Below are positions 62,827-64,000 of a stretch of 64,000 bases of DNA, piece by piece. A program made the position numbers and the translations under genes. Within the stretch, counting starts at the first letter, position 1; every line of letters starts with the position of its first letter. The notes beneath the pieces are model-generated. The model searched no databases and was not told where the DNA came from. It saw only the letters and a list, made by a program, of their open reading frames with translations. Origin of the DNA: Azolla caroliniana (lineage: Eukaryota; Plantae; Polypodiophyta); contig JBHGNT010000008.1 of the NCBI GenBank assembly GCA_043228905.1, positions 4,278,001 to 4,342,000 on the forward strand, read 5' to 3'.

Positions 62827-63095
62827 GTTTGAACCAATTTTCCCTTTCCTCCAGCCTACTTGTCATTCTCCCTCATCCTCCTACCCTTTTCCCTATACTA
62901 TGGCTACTGTTAGCGCCCAAGAATATCAATCCGTTTTCTCCGAGTTATAGTGCCTAAAAGAAAAGTTTGTTGCCCTGGAACAAGAAAACCAACGGTTGAT
63001 AGGGGATCTGCAACAAATCGCTCTCGAAAAACAACAAACGCAACAACAACATGGGGAGTTAGCGTTACGAGTACAACAACTCGAAGCAGCGTTGC
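62827..63095 (+). mobile_element. Repeated PBS, leader and gag start of gypsy element 2 (truncated second internal domain)
   Basis: Near-identical to 57580-57845, including the TAG at codon 17. Confidence 0.9.
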
Positions 63096-63699
63096 TCCAT
63101 CGACATAGCTCCAATATCCATGTCCGAGCAGGTACTGGTGCATCTTGTACGACCAAGATGCATAGTTACTTCTATTGAGCTTCTCAGTTGGAAGCGAACT
63201 AGCCATACCTCTATCCATTTTTTCCTTTTCGTTCTTCACCACGATTAGGGTTTTTTGTTGTTGTTGTTTCAAGCTAAAGTCGGCTAAAGAGGTTCTCAAC
63301 CCTCACGCTCTGATACCATGTGAAATGTTAAGTGTGGAAGCTATACGAAGCACAAAATACCGACAGAGAAGAACAGGTTTAGTGGAGAGCTTAAGACGCA
63401 ATGTACACAGGAGAGACAGAGACTCGGGAAAACAACTAAATTCAAATAATATGAAAAACTCTATACATAGGATGTGCTCAAGGAGCACTTTTATACAAGT
63501 CCATATAGACTGACTGAAGTATTGACACGTACTTCAATGCTCATAACTGAGCTCCTACACTAACTCCCAAATATATTCCCTTGCGGAATATCTGTTCAAC
63601 GGCCTCCCGGTTTCCACACCGATACGGCCTCTTGTTGCGTACCGGTTTACGCACCAGTTTACGCACCGATCCAGCCAATGTTGAGCTTGTATCTCAACA
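63096..63699 (-). mobile_element. 5' end of a Ty1/copia element: 5' LTR (63319-63699), PBS and gag N-terminus
   Basis: Perfect iMet PBS TGGTATCAGAGC at 63307-63318. Gag TEKLNRSNYASWSYKMHQYLLGHGYWSYVDG. LTR TGTTGAGA...CA on the minus strand. Confidence 0.88.
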
Positions 63700-64000
63700 A
63701 AGCACAAAGTCTCTATGCGGAAATAAGGCGTACACATATGAGTTCAACCTTCGAGGTGGTATCTTAAGTATGGCACTTAAGTTATCATCCCTTCTTAATA
63801 TGTCATCATATCTTGAATGAATTGCGCTATATGTTGAGCATGTGAAGAAAAAGTGACATTCATCCTCTATCATGCCTTCATTGCATACTTTACATGCCTT
63901 CAAATTTGTTACATTTTGATACCATGATGCAACTTCAATACCTAACTTGTGAGATCGACTGCGAAGTAGTGTGAGGGCTCTACGAGCATTACTACTCATA
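63700..64000 (-). mobile_element. RTE-like LINE 3' coding end (runs off the window)
   Basis: RRALTLLRSRSHKLGIE...CKVC...EDECHFFFTC, same family as 15240-17350. Confidence 0.8.

Overview
Repeat-rich nuclear DNA from a land plant. A non-seed plant such as a fern is my inference, from the Tcn1/sushi-like chromovirus and the edit-site-like codons in a plastid insert. Three intact-looking host genes: COP9 signalosome subunit 7 (CSN7, + strand, 9 exons, 8049-22004), an alpha-expansin (+, 3 exons, 41510-45123) and a WAV3-like RING-H2/vWA E3 ligase (-, 2 exons, 47412-50937). The rest is transposable elements and repeats. (1) A very young full-length Ty3/gypsy chromovirus (91-7114; TSD GTAAC, non-canonical TG..TA ends, hairpin-repeat array in a 1.7-kb leader). 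(2) Three decayed Ty1/copia elements, one carrying a plastid-rpoB plus mitochondrial-18S mosaic insert. (3) A second chromovirus of Tf1/sushi/Tcn1 type (57129-62826) with a self-priming PBS, a -1 frameshift pseudoknot, a tRNA-like Pol III module in U3 and a repeated PBS-gag start after its 3' LTR. (4) RTE and L1 LINE fragments, including a minisatellite built from an RTE 3' tail, plus a MITE and local tandem repeats. All coordinates were read by eye and no database searches were run.
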